A stretch of DNA of 64,000 nt from a virus. Its lineage: Duplodnaviria; Caudoviricetes. Within the stretch, counting starts at the first letter, position 1; every line of letters starts with the position of its first letter. A program made the translations under genes and the position numbers. The DNA is taken from IMG/VR virus record IMGVR_UViG_3300029288_000132, positions 24,339-88,338 of that record. One strand, given 5' to 3'. Positions 52,281 through 62,092 of this stretch are shown one piece after another. Below the pieces are notes generated by a model, which searched no databases, was not told where the DNA came from, and was given only the letters and a program-made list of their open reading frames with translations.

Positions 52281-53413
52281 TATTCTTCCTCATCAAAATT
52301 CGATTCTTCTGCCTCCGTATCTTTGGTGTCGTCATCTTCAATAGGGCCAGTAATCTGGCCTGCTTCCATGAGGCGATATGTTTCGTCGTAGACTGCTTTG
52401 AATAACTCTTGATCAGACCCTAATATTTCGGCGAGCTTCTCCTTACCAACGGCAATCTTACGATCACCAAAATAGTAATTGGAACCTCTAAGAGTGATAA
52501 CAGACGTTTCAACAGCACCACTTATCAATGCTTGTGCCTTATTGAAGCCATAAATGCCACTCTTCGCACCAAAATGGATTTCAAGTGAAGCAGATCTAAA
52601 TGGTGGTGCTACTTTGTTTTTAGCGACCTTCACTTTAGTTGTCATGCCGTAAGGCAAGTTGGCGGATCGTAGTGTTTCAGCCCTACGCACTTCAAGACGC
52701 ATCGACGAATAGAATTTCAGTGCCCTACCGCCAGGTGTTATTTCGGGATGCATGTAACTCGGCCCGACTTGACCGATTTTATCTCTGAGTTGATTAATAA
52801 ATATAACTGTCGTACCCGTCTTAAGGCATATGCCCGCTAATTTGCGCATACCCTTAGACATCAACCGGGCTTGTGCACCGATCTGCTTATCTCTAATGTC
52901 GCCGTCCAATTCCTCTTGTGGCACAAGCGCCGCTACAGAGTCAACAACAACTAACTTGACGATCCCAGACGTAGCGAGTGCCTGGACGATATCTAGAGCC
53001 TGCTCACCACTATCTGGCTGAGACAACAACCATTTCTTCACATCGACGCCGATATGTGTTGCCCAATCATAATCAAGAGCATGTTCTGCGTCGACGTACG
53101 CCGTTAGCTTGCCTTGTTGCTGGAAACTCGCCACAATCTGTAAGGCTAACGTTGTCTTGCCGCTTGATTCAGTACCGTATATTTCTATAATCCTACCATC
53201 TGGTATACCACGACAACCGAGAGCAATATCTAAGTTAGCTAAACCAGTAGATGTTGATTTTGTAGGTTTAATAGATGCTGCACCACCCCATTGTACTGAA
53301 TCGCCAAATTTCTTTTCAAGATCGGCAATCATATCGTCGAAGTCGATCAACTTGCCAGATTGCTCTGCTTCAAGTTGGGCATCGGATTTAACTGATGGTT
53401 TCTTCTTTGCCAT
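52280..53413 (-). CDS. recA: recombinase RecA
   Basis: GRIIEIYGTESSGKTTLAL, YVDAEHALD, SQPDSGEQAL, VVDSVAALVP, QARLMSKGMRKL, IFINQLR, TPGGRALKFYSS. Confidence 0.97.
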   Translation of the reverse strand: MAKKKPSVKSDAQLEAEQSGKLIDFDDMIADLEKKFGDSVQWGGAASIKPTKSTSTGLANLDIALGCRGIPDGRIIEIYGTESSGKTTLALQIVASFQQQGKLTAYVDAEHALDYDWATHIGVDVKKWLLSQPDSGEQALDIVQALATSGIVKLVVVDSVAALVPQEELDGDIRDKQIGAQARLMSKGMRKLAGICLKTGTTVIFINQLRDKIGQVGPSYMHPEITPGGRALKFYSSMRLEVRRAETLRSANLPYGMTTKVKVAKNKVAPPFRSASLEIHFGAKSGIYGFNKAQALISGAVETSVITLRGSNYYFGDRKIAVGKEKLAEILGSDQELFKAVYDETYRLMEAGQITGPIEDDDTKDTEAEESNFDEEE

Positions 53414-53705
53414 TATTTCTTCTACCTTTGTAACAGATATCCGTCAAGCAATCAATGATTTGTTGGCGGTCGTGTGTGCAGGCTTTCCTAATGTCATTTA
53501 ATGGAATACGTATGAGAGTATCATCTTTGGCTAATAGAGCATCACCATCAATAATTCCTACGACACTCCACCTGCCATGTGGGCTAGGAGAATATCCCGG
53601 CCTAGTAGATAGGTACTTAACTCGCTTAATAGTCAATAACTCAACTTGATCAAGTTGTTGAACTATTGGCTTGGGTTCCTCTGGTAAGTAATGGGAACTA
53701 TCCAT
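53388..53705 (-). CDS. hypothetical protein
   Basis: MDSSHYLPEE...; the upstream part of the track ORF is antisense to 53743. Confidence 0.55.
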   Translation of the reverse strand: MDSSHYLPEEPKPIVQQLDQVELLTIKRVKYLSTRPGYSPSPHGRWSVVGIIDGDALLAKDDTLIRIPLNDIRKACTHDRQQIIDCLTDICYKGRRNNGKEETIS

Positions 53706-53742
53706 CTGTCGTCCAAGCAAAGATTTATACAGGAGACGTTTT

Positions 53743-54186
53743 ATGAACAGCAACGAAAGACTGCTAACCGAAGCCATCCAGACATATCTACAACACAAAG
53801 TACAACTAGGCATACCAGATCCGCCCAAAGATTTGGCTGATGCTGATGCCAAATCGTTGCAATATTTGCACGAACAAGTCAATGATTTGTTCGAACTCAA
53901 GTCGGTGGACTTAGTTTGCCATGAAAGTGTCTGTAGAGCCTTCCGTAAAGTTCATAATTACAAATATATTACCGACCCATTGTTCGAGAAGGCTATGATG
54001 CAAGAGATGCAATCACAGGGCATCTGTGGTGTCGAACAAGAAAAAGCTATTGGTATCCTCAATACCATCAAGGAAGAAGTTAGCGAAGGTGATGGGTGGC
54101 GTGAACAAGATGCCGGATATCATCCGGACATGGAAGGTATAATTGCTGTTAGTAAGCCAGGACAATCACCAGGGAGTGCAGAATGA
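53743..54186 (+). CDS. hypothetical protein, MNSNERLLTE leader
   Basis: AGGAG SD; 147 aa. Confidence 0.7.
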   Translation: MNSNERLLTEAIQTYLQHKVQLGIPDPPKDLADADAKSLQYLHEQVNDLFELKSVDLVCHESVCRAFRKVHNYKYITDPLFEKAMMQEMQSQGICGVEQEKAIGILNTIKEEVSEGDGWREQDAGYHPDMEGIIAVSKPGQSPGSAE

Positions 54187-54431
54187 AATTAGTGCTTCTA
54201 AACGAAGGTGATTTCATGCGGGCTTTACAACATGCCTCTGGCGCTTCCTATGGCCGCAAATCTCTATTGGGTCTAAGCACTAAAGACGTCAAGCCAGAGA
54301 ATGGAGAAGACTTTGGCTCAAGAGTTGCTGGTTTTACATCTCAACCAACGGGCGTTCCGCGAAAGCCAAGACACCGCAAATTCTTGGGTGTCTCGACAAG
54401 GCAGTTTAGCCTCACGCCCCCAGGTATCTAG
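54183..54431 (+). CDS. hypothetical protein, MKLVLLNE leader
   Basis: ATGA coupling; 82 aa. Confidence 0.6.
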   Translation: MKLVLLNEGDFMRALQHASGASYGRKSLLGLSTKDVKPENGEDFGSRVAGFTSQPTGVPRKPRHRKFLGVSTRQFSLTPPGI

Positions 54432-55192
54432 AGAAGTCCAGAACCATTGCATTTCGGGCACGGGATTACTTCCGTTTGGCTCTTTGCTATCTGACCATCG
54501 CCCTTACATAATGGGCAACGATGCAGGTCGTAACCCTCCACGAAGAAGTGATCCGTAGACGCTTGCTGTTTGAATCTACGTTGCAGTTCTGCATCGGTCA
54601 TCGTTTTAGCGATTCTGACTCGCGTCGTCCCAAGCCCATCTTGTCTTATTGCCGGAATTGCTAAAGGCGTACCGTGTCTACCTTCAGCTAATTCCATCTT
54701 CACAAGCCCATCTCTAGCACCTTCTGGTAATTGATCACTGAGTTGTGTTGGGTCATATGCGTCATGTCTTTCGACATTCTTACCACCGATAGATCCTGAT
54801 ACACCAGAAACACGATGCTGCATTACATTATCAACTACAGATGATGGCAGTATACCGTCTTCTCTTGAACCTTGTAACTCTACTGCGACTTGAGACTCAG
54901 CTATTGTTTGTTTTGGTGCCTGTGTCGGTGTCGTTGTGGTTTGTGCTATAGCTAAAGAACCTTGTGGAACAACAGTCATACCTAACTTGGCAGCTTGTGC
55001 AAGAAACTCTTGCATTTGTATATCATGCTGTGACTTCCACTTGAGATATGCAGTTTTAGCTGCTTTCGGAGTTATGTCGTCGGCGTGCTCGTCACAAACC
55101 TTGACCGTGACTTTCTGATCATCGACGGTCACAACAAATTCGGTGTTGAGATCCTTATCAGAGCCACATATTATGCAACTATTGTTCTGCAT
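54428..55192 (-). CDS. hypothetical protein with N-terminal Zn ribbon and C-terminal DnaJ-type Zn finger
   Basis: CIIC...CDEH; CPLCKGDG...CPKCNGSG. Confidence 0.7.
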   Translation of the reverse strand: MQNNSCIICGSDKDLNTEFVVTVDDQKVTVKVCDEHADDITPKAAKTAYLKWKSQHDIQMQEFLAQAAKLGMTVVPQGSLAIAQTTTTPTQAPKQTIAESQVAVELQGSREDGILPSSVVDNVMQHRVSGVSGSIGGKNVERHDAYDPTQLSDQLPEGARDGLVKMELAEGRHGTPLAIPAIRQDGLGTTRVRIAKTMTDAELQRRFKQQASTDHFFVEGYDLHRCPLCKGDGQIAKSQTEVIPCPKCNGSGLL

Positions 55193-55263
55193 CTGTTCAT
55201 CTCTATCTTGCGATCGTATTTAAATTCCTGTTATTTAAATACACGAACAAGACGGAAATTATT

Positions 55264-55677
55264 ATGGCAAAGATCAATGTTATATCTGTCGACTTAGGCG
55301 ACCCAATTGAAAAGATCATTGCCGAGGACGTTCGACAATTAAGCGAAGAAACGCTCGAAAACATCAAGGCAGCAGCAAACGACAAAATAAGAGGTCCAAT
55401 TAGGACCGACCCTGAGACTTTAGCTACTGAAGCTGCCTACAATCTATTGTTCGAAGCGATTGCCACCGGAGAACTAATAGAGATCAGTAAACTACTTGAA
55501 GCTTCCAGTCCAGCTGTGACAAATCCTTCAGCGCTCATGATGCGAATGAAGGGATTATTGCGACAAAAGGGAAACGATTACATTCTACGTAGAACTACAC
55601 GTGCCGGAAAGCCAGTATATCGCCTAATTCCGTATAATCTGGAGACTCCCGATGAAATCATTGATGCCGCATCATGA
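55264..55677 (+). CDS. hypothetical protein
   Basis: 137 aa. Confidence 0.65.
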   Translation: MAKINVISVDLGDPIEKIIAEDVRQLSEETLENIKAAANDKIRGPIRTDPETLATEAAYNLLFEAIATGELIEISKLLEASSPAVTNPSALMMRMKGLLRQKGNDYILRRTTRAGKPVYRLIPYNLETPDEIIDAAS

Positions 55678-55843
55678 TGGTTATCCAGTTTCGCGTGATT
55701 GGCAAGATATAGAATGCAAGGCTATATCTTGCATCTATAATTCCTCTGGTATTTGCACCATCCCGTCACTATGTGAAATCGGCGAGGATGGTAGATGTAA
55801 AGGATTCAAGATCAATATTATTCAGACTCTGAAAGACGCTTGA
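55664..55843 (+). CDS. small Cys-rich protein (DUF1540-like)
   Basis: IECKAISCIYNSSGIC......IGEDGRCKGF pattern. Confidence 0.45.
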   Translation: MPHHDGYPVSRDWQDIECKAISCIYNSSGICTIPSLCEIGEDGRCKGFKINIIQTLKDA

Positions 55844-56528
55844 CAAGTTTTGCTAAAATAGCTATCTGGCGTTCAAAATCTGCACGCCTGCTTCTGTCTG
55901 CTAAATTTAATGGTGATGGATGATAAATAGCAAATACTTTCACGCCAAATTCTTCACTATTAGTTATTTTGCCTAGCGATTGTTGGTAGCCAGTACCCGG
56001 ACATAATATATCAAACGCAGCTCCACCTAATGTGACTACTAATAATGGATTAATTAGTGTTAGCTCTATCATCAAGAATGGTTTACACCGCGTGATATGC
56101 TGATAATTCGGTTTCGCATTATCTGCAGTAAAACACTTAACACCATTAGTAATATAGAATCGATTCCTATCGATACCGTGCTTTGCCAGTTCCTTATCGA
56201 AGTTTTTACCTGATTGTCCTATAAATGGAGTTCCTTGCGTTATTTCTTCCCATCCAGGGTTTTGTCCGACGACAACCACCCTTTTAGGGGTCATATTACT
56301 AAGTACATGTGGATCTCTAGCGGTCCCATTTCTTTCCGGTTCTTTACGTCCAAGTTCACACATAGTACAAGCACGGCAAGTATTACTTAACTGCCTAAGC
56401 ATTCTTAACTTGCGATCATATGTAGTTTCTTGCAATCCCATAACTGCTACATCCCAACTAGAAATTATTTCTCGCGGCACGAATGGATGATTCGGCCCGG
56501 CTTGCCAGTCAAATTCTTGAAGATCCAT
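55818..56528 (-). CDS. uracil-DNA glycosylase family 4 (Fe-S)
   Basis: CRACTMCEL, VVVVGQNPGWEE...PFIGQSG, YITNGVKC, CKPFL, LVVTLG, AIYHPS. Confidence 0.9.
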   Translation of the reverse strand: MDLQEFDWQAGPNHPFVPREIISSWDVAVMGLQETTYDRKLRMLRQLSNTCRACTMCELGRKEPERNGTARDPHVLSNMTPKRVVVVGQNPGWEEITQGTPFIGQSGKNFDKELAKHGIDRNRFYITNGVKCFTADNAKPNYQHITRCKPFLMIELTLINPLLVVTLGGAAFDILCPGTGYQQSLGKITNSEEFGVKVFAIYHPSPLNLADRSRRADFERQIAILAKLVKRLSESE

Positions 56529-56565
56529 AGGTAAATAATACTAGCAATAATTTCAGGATATAACT

Positions 56566-57048
56566 ATGCTGACAAAAGACAAACGTGGTGTGTGCTGCGA
56601 TCGTTGTGCTCTCACGATGATGGAACGATTTCAATATTTCTCATTCGACGCTAAAGAAGCCGTTGTCACGAACAACTCGATAGTATTATCAAAAACAGCT
56701 GAGCCATCTCATTCCTTCGACATTTGCCAACGATGCATGGATGAGATTAAGGCAATTATTATCAAATGTTATAAACCGTCCAGGATAATCGATAACAAGA
56801 CATGTCCAAAGGGCATAACTTGTGATTTCACCGGCGTCAAGATGAATGGAACTTTCATATGTTATTATATCTGTGTGTCGTCCGTGTCAGTCGACATTAA
56901 TATGAAACCGTCAGTTAATATCATGGATGATAAGTATGTAGAGTTATGGATATCTAAAGAAGCTTTCGATAAGTTAAAGAGTCAAGCGACAGAAGTCAAA
57001 AACAAAGGAAACCAAGAATGGTCCTCGCAAGCGATAACAACAAAATAA
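56566..57048 (+). CDS. hypothetical Cys-containing protein
   Basis: CCDRC, DICQRC, CDFTG; 160 aa. Confidence 0.65.
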   Translation: MLTKDKRGVCCDRCALTMMERFQYFSFDAKEAVVTNNSIVLSKTAEPSHSFDICQRCMDEIKAIIIKCYKPSRIIDNKTCPKGITCDFTGVKMNGTFICYYICVSSVSVDINMKPSVNIMDDKYVELWISKEAFDKLKSQATEVKNKGNQEWSSQAITTK

Positions 57049-57467
57049 CACTGTCGCCAAATACACACCCGGAGCAATATCAATTGGTAACATTGATGGT
57101 TGCTGCTCCATCAGACCATCCAGACAAAGCCGCCCAAACACAAGCGAGACCCTTTGAATTTGAATTCGAATTACCGTCTAGATTCTCTGCTATGTGTCCG
57201 TTCTGTTGTGCTGGATTCTATGTCTATTCAAATGAGATCATAGAACAATATGGTTATAAATTCGTAGCGTGTCCAGAATGCGGTATAGGAAAGCCCGAAA
57301 TAAAAACTCCGCCTCCTCCTTTCATCGACCCATTTGTCAATCCATTTAGTAGTAATCAACTGACTCGATGCGAATTAGATGAAACCGTGACATCGGTGAA
57401 TAACATACCAGATGATGATTCACTTACTGTCGCCCAAAAAATGTCGAGAGTGAAATGCAAGGAGTGA
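57018..57467 (+). CDS. hypothetical Zn-ribbon protein
   Basis: CPFC...CPEC. Confidence 0.6.
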   Translation: MVLASDNNKITLSPNTHPEQYQLVTLMVAAPSDHPDKAAQTQARPFEFEFELPSRFSAMCPFCCAGFYVYSNEIIEQYGYKFVACPECGIGKPEIKTPPPPFIDPFVNPFSSNQLTRCELDETVTSVNNIPDDDSLTVAQKMSRVKCKE

Positions 57468-58372
57468 TATTAGGGAGCGGGATAGTAGGATTGCTTGCTA
57501 AAGAAATCCTAGGTGATCAATGGTTAGTAGTGCCATTCTCGCGCTCCCGTTTCTATAGCTTTCGACCGGCGTTAGCCGACAATTTCATCATCAGAGATGA
57601 AAGAATAGACGATCTGATAGCTCATTTCGGTGGCAAGATATCGTTCATCTACAAAACGTCTTATTCTCTCAGCGGAAGTTTATTACAACCAGAAGATCTT
57701 GTGATCAACGCTTGGTTAAATAAGGTGTTCGGATCACAAGTACCACCACAAGCTCTACCATGCATCAAATCGAGAGGCAATCACTTCATATATAATATCA
57801 AGGTCAATCAGCTTTACAACCAACTACAACAGAAGCATAGTCAGAGATTAGTTGATGACAGCAATAGGGGGCAGATATCGGAAATTGGTGACCATTATAT
57901 GATTTGGGGCGGTCGAAGAATCGAGTTCGACCATATGATTAGCACTATTCAACTCGATAGACTCTTCACACTCACACGGCTACCACGCATCCAACTACCA
58001 ACAGCACAAATCTGGTATTATCACGTCGAGACAAACGGGCTGAATTTCGAAGGAGCCAACCAGGTTCTAGTTGTTGATGACACGATCGACTTCTTCAAAG
58101 TGAGCAATATCGCCGAAAATCGTTATTTGTTCTATTTCTCGCGTGACATACCGGTCCCTGGTCCATATTTCATGCAGTTCATTCAGCAATTCGACTTAAT
58201 TGATGGAACGACAATTACCGAGGCAATACCGAAAGGTCCGAGACCTGATCTAACTCAATTTGATAAACTCGGTATCGAATGTATTGGTGCTATGGCAGAA
58301 CATGATTATTTTATGGATTTAGGTAGTTGCCTAGTAAAATTATTACGTAGAAAAGTCGCACTAACAACTTAG
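57455..58372 (+). CDS. FAD-dependent oxidoreductase-like (Rossmann) protein
   Basis: MQGVILGSGIVGLLA (GxGxxG), FDHMISTIQL, IECIGAMAE.DY. Confidence 0.65.
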   Translation: MQGVILGSGIVGLLAKEILGDQWLVVPFSRSRFYSFRPALADNFIIRDERIDDLIAHFGGKISFIYKTSYSLSGSLLQPEDLVINAWLNKVFGSQVPPQALPCIKSRGNHFIYNIKVNQLYNQLQQKHSQRLVDDSNRGQISEIGDHYMIWGGRRIEFDHMISTIQLDRLFTLTRLPRIQLPTAQIWYYHVETNGLNFEGANQVLVVDDTIDFFKVSNIAENRYLFYFSRDIPVPGPYFMQFIQQFDLIDGTTITEAIPKGPRPDLTQFDKLGIECIGAMAEHDYFMDLGSCLVKLLRRKVALTT

Positions 58373-58827
58373 TTGGGGCACGGTGGCCGCTGGCATGGCC
58401 CAATAACGACACGAGTTGGTTTGATTATTGCACCCTTTAAAGCTCTCTGTAAATCAGCTGGATCGATAGTTATTTCGAGCCTCGAAATCGCGTCGACAAC
58501 AGCATTGATGAGTGCCGATTTACAAGATGGCGGAGTATATCCATATAAAGGATCGCTGACAGATGGTGGTGAGTTAGCATTGTAAATAGAGATCCATAGT
58601 CCATCGTTATCATTTATAATATCCAATGGTGTCGGCAAGTCTGCTCTATATATCCCAGCACCAATTCCACCCACCATAATCTCAGATAGATCGATAAAGG
58701 CCGGTGTGGCGGTCTCTATTGCTACTAGTTGATCACCATTCCAAACTTGCGAAAAGTCGGCACTAAATGGCAGTGCCTTAACATTAGTTAGCCCGGTGAT
58801 ACCAATATCTATTGTGATCACAGCCAT
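58369..58827 (-). CDS. hypothetical protein (fibre-associated?)
   Basis: 152 aa downstream of the fibre genes. Confidence 0.65.
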   Translation of the reverse strand: MAVITIDIGITGLTNVKALPFSADFSQVWNGDQLVAIETATPAFIDLSEIMVGGIGAGIYRADLPTPLDIINDNDGLWISIYNANSPPSVSDPLYGYTPPSCKSALINAVVDAISRLEITIDPADLQRALKGAIIKPTRVVIGPCQRPPCPN

Positions 58828-58859
58828 ATTACAACTCGCATTCTGTTAACATCCAATTA

Positions 58860-60374
58860 CTACAATTCTGCATCTACCGCCCAATTCCAACTAAGAGAAC
58901 TTCCTACAGTCATTGAAGCAGAAATAATAGAAAACCCGTTTGGTCCTCGATATCTATAAGTTACTGCTCTGTCTGTATAGTCACCACTTGAACCTTCTGA
59001 GATATGATCAGCAGCACCGCTCCACACTGCATAAACAATAGCTGTTCCTGTGTGTAATTTATACACAGAATAACTTATGTATGAATTCGATAAACGAGTA
59101 GCTGTAATTGCACATCCATAGCAAGTGCTTTCGCCGGCATTACTTCCTGGTGGAACATCTAAAGAATAATTTTTTTCATAATACCTACGGCAAAGTTGCA
59201 GTTCTTGTACAATAGTTCGAGGACTCCAAAGACGTGAAATGCCTGAATGACAATCGACCTGCATAAGTGCTACTGTACCATTCTGTATCGCTGGAGATTC
59301 GGTCCAGAAAAATATCATCAAATTATTACAAGCAGCACTTATAGTAGCATTCAATGTAATATCTTGCCAAGCAGATCCAGACACAGAACCGACAGCTGCT
59401 ACAGTCAAATTACTAGCAAGAAAGAAATTATTTGGCGTATAAGTCGTACTGGTCCAGTCTTTTACCACATCGCTCGTTACAGTGTCAGCGACACCAGTCC
59501 ACTCTAATATGGCGTAACGCATATTAGTAGATCCCGACGCATTAGCTACTCTAGCTTGTAATGTTATATCTCTATTACGCAGCGGGAAAGAGCTAGTGCT
59601 CTCGACAATTTGCAGCAAACCCATTCTTTGCGCAGTTGCATTACTTTGCGACATCCAACCACCAAATGGCCCTGGTAGCGCGGATGTACCAGTGTTTGGA
59701 TTATAACGATAAGTAGCGATAGAGTTCGATTGAGTTAACGCTATCCAGCGATCAAAACAATAATTGTCGTTGGCTACTGTGTAATTGGTCCAGACTAAAT
59801 TATTATTTCGCTGAAAGAAATCAAATCCACCATTGATTATGACGTTTTCGCCGAACGAAGAACCGTCAAGTCCTGAGGGACCAGTAGCACCAGTGAATCC
59901 ATCGATTCCTGAGGCACCCTGTATACCGCTTGGTCCAATTGAGCCAGTCGCACCATTAAAACCCGCAATACCTGTCGCACCAGATGCACCCCTTGCACCT
60001 GTAGAACCCGTCGCGCCAGTCAGCCCACCGGTAGGACCTGTTGCACCCGATGCACCTCTAGGGCCAGTTGCACCAACTGGGCCAGAAGCACCACCAGTTT
60101 CACCCTGAATGCCAGTTGCACCTGCTAATCCCGTCGCCCCAGTTGGACCGCCCAATGGTCCCGTCGCTCCAATCGGACCTGTACTACCGGTAGCACCAAC
60201 ATGACTAGCACCGCCAGATACAGTTTTTTCTGATCCATCAGAAAATCGGCAGTTGATTACAACAGTAGTTGCACTTCCCTCAGTTAACCATTGATAAATA
60301 GTGTTCTCTGGCGGATTATCACCAAAGAGTGGTGGGGTCGTAAGCTGAACTATTCTAGATTCTTTAAATTTCAT
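58860..60374 (-). CDS. collagen-like tail fibre 1
   Basis: About 35 Gly-X-Y triplets, [25 protein letters not shown]...VDAEL phage-fibre C-terminus. Confidence 0.88.
   Translation of the reverse strand: MKFKESRIVQLTTPPLFGDNPPENTIYQWLTEGSATTVVINCRFSDGSEKTVSGGASHVGATGSTGPIGATGPLGGPTGATGLAGATGIQGETGGASGPVGATGPRGASGATGPTGGLTGATGSTGARGASGATGIAGFNGATGSIGPSGIQGASGIDGFTGATGPSGLDGSSFGENVIINGGFDFFQRNNNLVWTNYTVANDNYCFDRWIALTQSNSIATYRYNPNTGTSALPGPFGGWMSQSNATAQRMGLLQIVESTSSFPLRNRDITLQARVANASGSTNMRYAILEWTGVADTVTSDVVKDWTSTTYTPNNFFLASNLTVAAVGSVSGSAWQDITLNATISAACNNLMIFFWTESPAIQNGTVALMQVDCHSGISRLWSPRTIVQELQLCRRYYEKNYSLDVPPGSNAGESTCYGCAITATRLSNSYISYSVYKLHTGTAIVYAVWSGAADHISEGSSGDYTDRAVTYRYRGPNGFSIISASMTVGSSLSWNWAVDAEL
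59382..59530. repeat. 149-bp perfect direct repeat, copy 1
   Basis: Identical base by base to 60960-61108. Confidence 0.95.
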
Positions 60375-60419
60375 ATCGCTTAAATCTCCGCCTATGACAA
60401 ATTAAAAATTCAATGAATT

Positions 60420-62009
60420 TCATAATTCAGCTTCCGCAACCCAATGCCATAATAAAATTTCTGAAGGATCGCCAACGTGTGTGCTAGAATACCAGCTCGC
60501 CCCAATAGATCCAGAATAATACGCCCTCCATGGAATTTCAGAAATCAAAACAGTAATGGTGGAATGCAAAGACCCGTAACCACTTTTATTTGCTGCGTCA
60601 TATGAATATGAAGTAGCTGTAGCTATATGGTGTTTTGGCACGCGATATTTAGTTGAGGTGTTGTACAATCTATAAGTATTCCAAAAGATGCCCCATTCTA
60701 ATCCATCAGTACTTTTTGATGTCCCTGGTTTAGTGTCTAATGCATAGCTTTTTTCATAAAATCGTTGGCACAATAACAATTCTTGTGCTATAGGTCTAGG
60801 ATTTCTGATACGCGAACTTCCAATATGACAATCCACATCATATATAATTATCGACTCATTTTGTGCCAATGTTGATTCAGTCCAAAAGAAAATAATTAAA
60901 TTAGCGCAAGAATTGGTGATTGTTGCTTCTAAGGCAATCGGACTCATAGTACCCGCTGCCACAGAACCGACAGCTGCTACAGTCAAATTACTAGCAAGAA
61001 AGAAATTATTTGGCGTATAAGTCGTACTGGTCCAGTCTTTTACCACATCGCTCGTTACAGTGTCAGCGACACCAGTCCACTCTAATATGGCGTAACGCAT
61101 ATTAGTAGCATTTGAATTGGTTATCGCTGCCTGCAATGTAATAGTTTGACCACGCAACGGAAAAGAATTAGCCCCTTCGACGATTTGCAATAATCCTATT
61201 CTCTGTGCTGTTATATTCGGTTGCGTGAGTTTCCCACCAAAAGGACCGGGCAGAGCTGACGTGGCTGTTGTAGCGTTCCAGCGTAAGGCTGTTAAAGAAT
61301 TAGTTTGAGTTAAAGCTATCCAGCGGTCAAAGCAATATATATCATCAGCAGCAGTAAATGTCGTTACAGCAGTATTGGTATTACGCTGGAAAAAATCGAA
61401 TCCACCATTGATTATTACATTCTCACCACTTGCTGTCGCCGATCCAGTTGGTCCCGTAGCACCAATAGGTCCACTAGCACCTAAACTGCCAGTAGCCCCT
61501 GAGGCACCTGGAATACCTGCTAACCCAATTAAACCAGTAGCGCCAGCAATACCCGTGGCTCCTGTGGCTCCCGTAGGCCCTCCGCTTGGTCCGGTTGCAC
61601 CAGTTGGGCCGACAGCCCCCGTAGACCCCGAAGCCCCAATAGGCCCTCCCGAAGGCCCCGTCGCACCGGAAGCACCACTTAGACCAGTTGAACCAGCGAG
61701 ACCAGCACCAGTAGCACCTACAGGACCTGTCGAACCGGTGGCACCAGGATCACCACCGCCAGGACCAGTTGCACCTGACGCACCTTGTATACCCGCCCCT
61801 GTCGCACCAGAGAGACCGATGGGACCAGAAGCACCAGTTACACCACCGCCAGCAACAGATCTCTCTGATCCATCCTGATACCGATAATGTAGCGTCTGCA
61901 TGTCACTAGAGACGTTCGTATACCATTCATAGACGGTATTTTCTGGCGGATTGATACCAAGCGCGGGCGGACTTGTGAGTTGAATAACTCTTAATTCATT
62001 GAATTTCAT
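60420..62009 (-). CDS. collagen-like tail fibre 2 (paralogue of fibre 1)
   Basis: Same N-terminal MKFxExR.IQLT.PP..NPPENT motif, Gly-X-Y tract, [11 protein letters not shown]...AEAEL. Confidence 0.88.
   Translation of the reverse strand: MKFNELRVIQLTSPPALGINPPENTVYEWYTNVSSDMQTLHYRYQDGSERSVAGGGVTGASGPIGLSGATGAGIQGASGATGPGGGDPGATGSTGPVGATGAGLAGSTGLSGASGATGPSGGPIGASGSTGAVGPTGATGPSGGPTGATGATGIAGATGLIGLAGIPGASGATGSLGASGPIGATGPTGSATASGENVIINGGFDFFQRNTNTAVTTFTAADDIYCFDRWIALTQTNSLTALRWNATTATSALPGPFGGKLTQPNITAQRIGLLQIVEGANSFPLRGQTITLQAAITNSNATNMRYAILEWTGVADTVTSDVVKDWTSTTYTPNNFFLASNLTVAAVGSVAAGTMSPIALEATITNSCANLIIFFWTESTLAQNESIIIYDVDCHIGSSRIRNPRPIAQELLLCQRFYEKSYALDTKPGTSKSTDGLEWGIFWNTYRLYNTSTKYRVPKHHIATATSYSYDAANKSGYGSLHSTITVLISEIPWRAYYSGSIGASWYSSTHVGDPSEILLWHWVAEAEL
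60960..61108. repeat. 149-bp perfect direct repeat, copy 2
   Basis: Identical to 59382-59530. Confidence 0.95.
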
Positions 62010-62092
62010 AATATATCAGTCGCCATTCGCGGTAGATACAAATTTGCACATCCTTATTATGTTTGGTTGGATACATCGAATATCTCTAATTT

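Noticed and set aside
48674-53413. Inteins or introns in the helicase and RecA
   Set aside because: Both have normal length and contiguous motifs; no splicing-junction signatures seen.
59382-61108. 149-bp repeat as a DGR template/variable pair
   Set aside because: The copies are identical with no adenine-specific mismatches, lie upstream of the tip-coding ends, and no reverse transcriptase is in the window.
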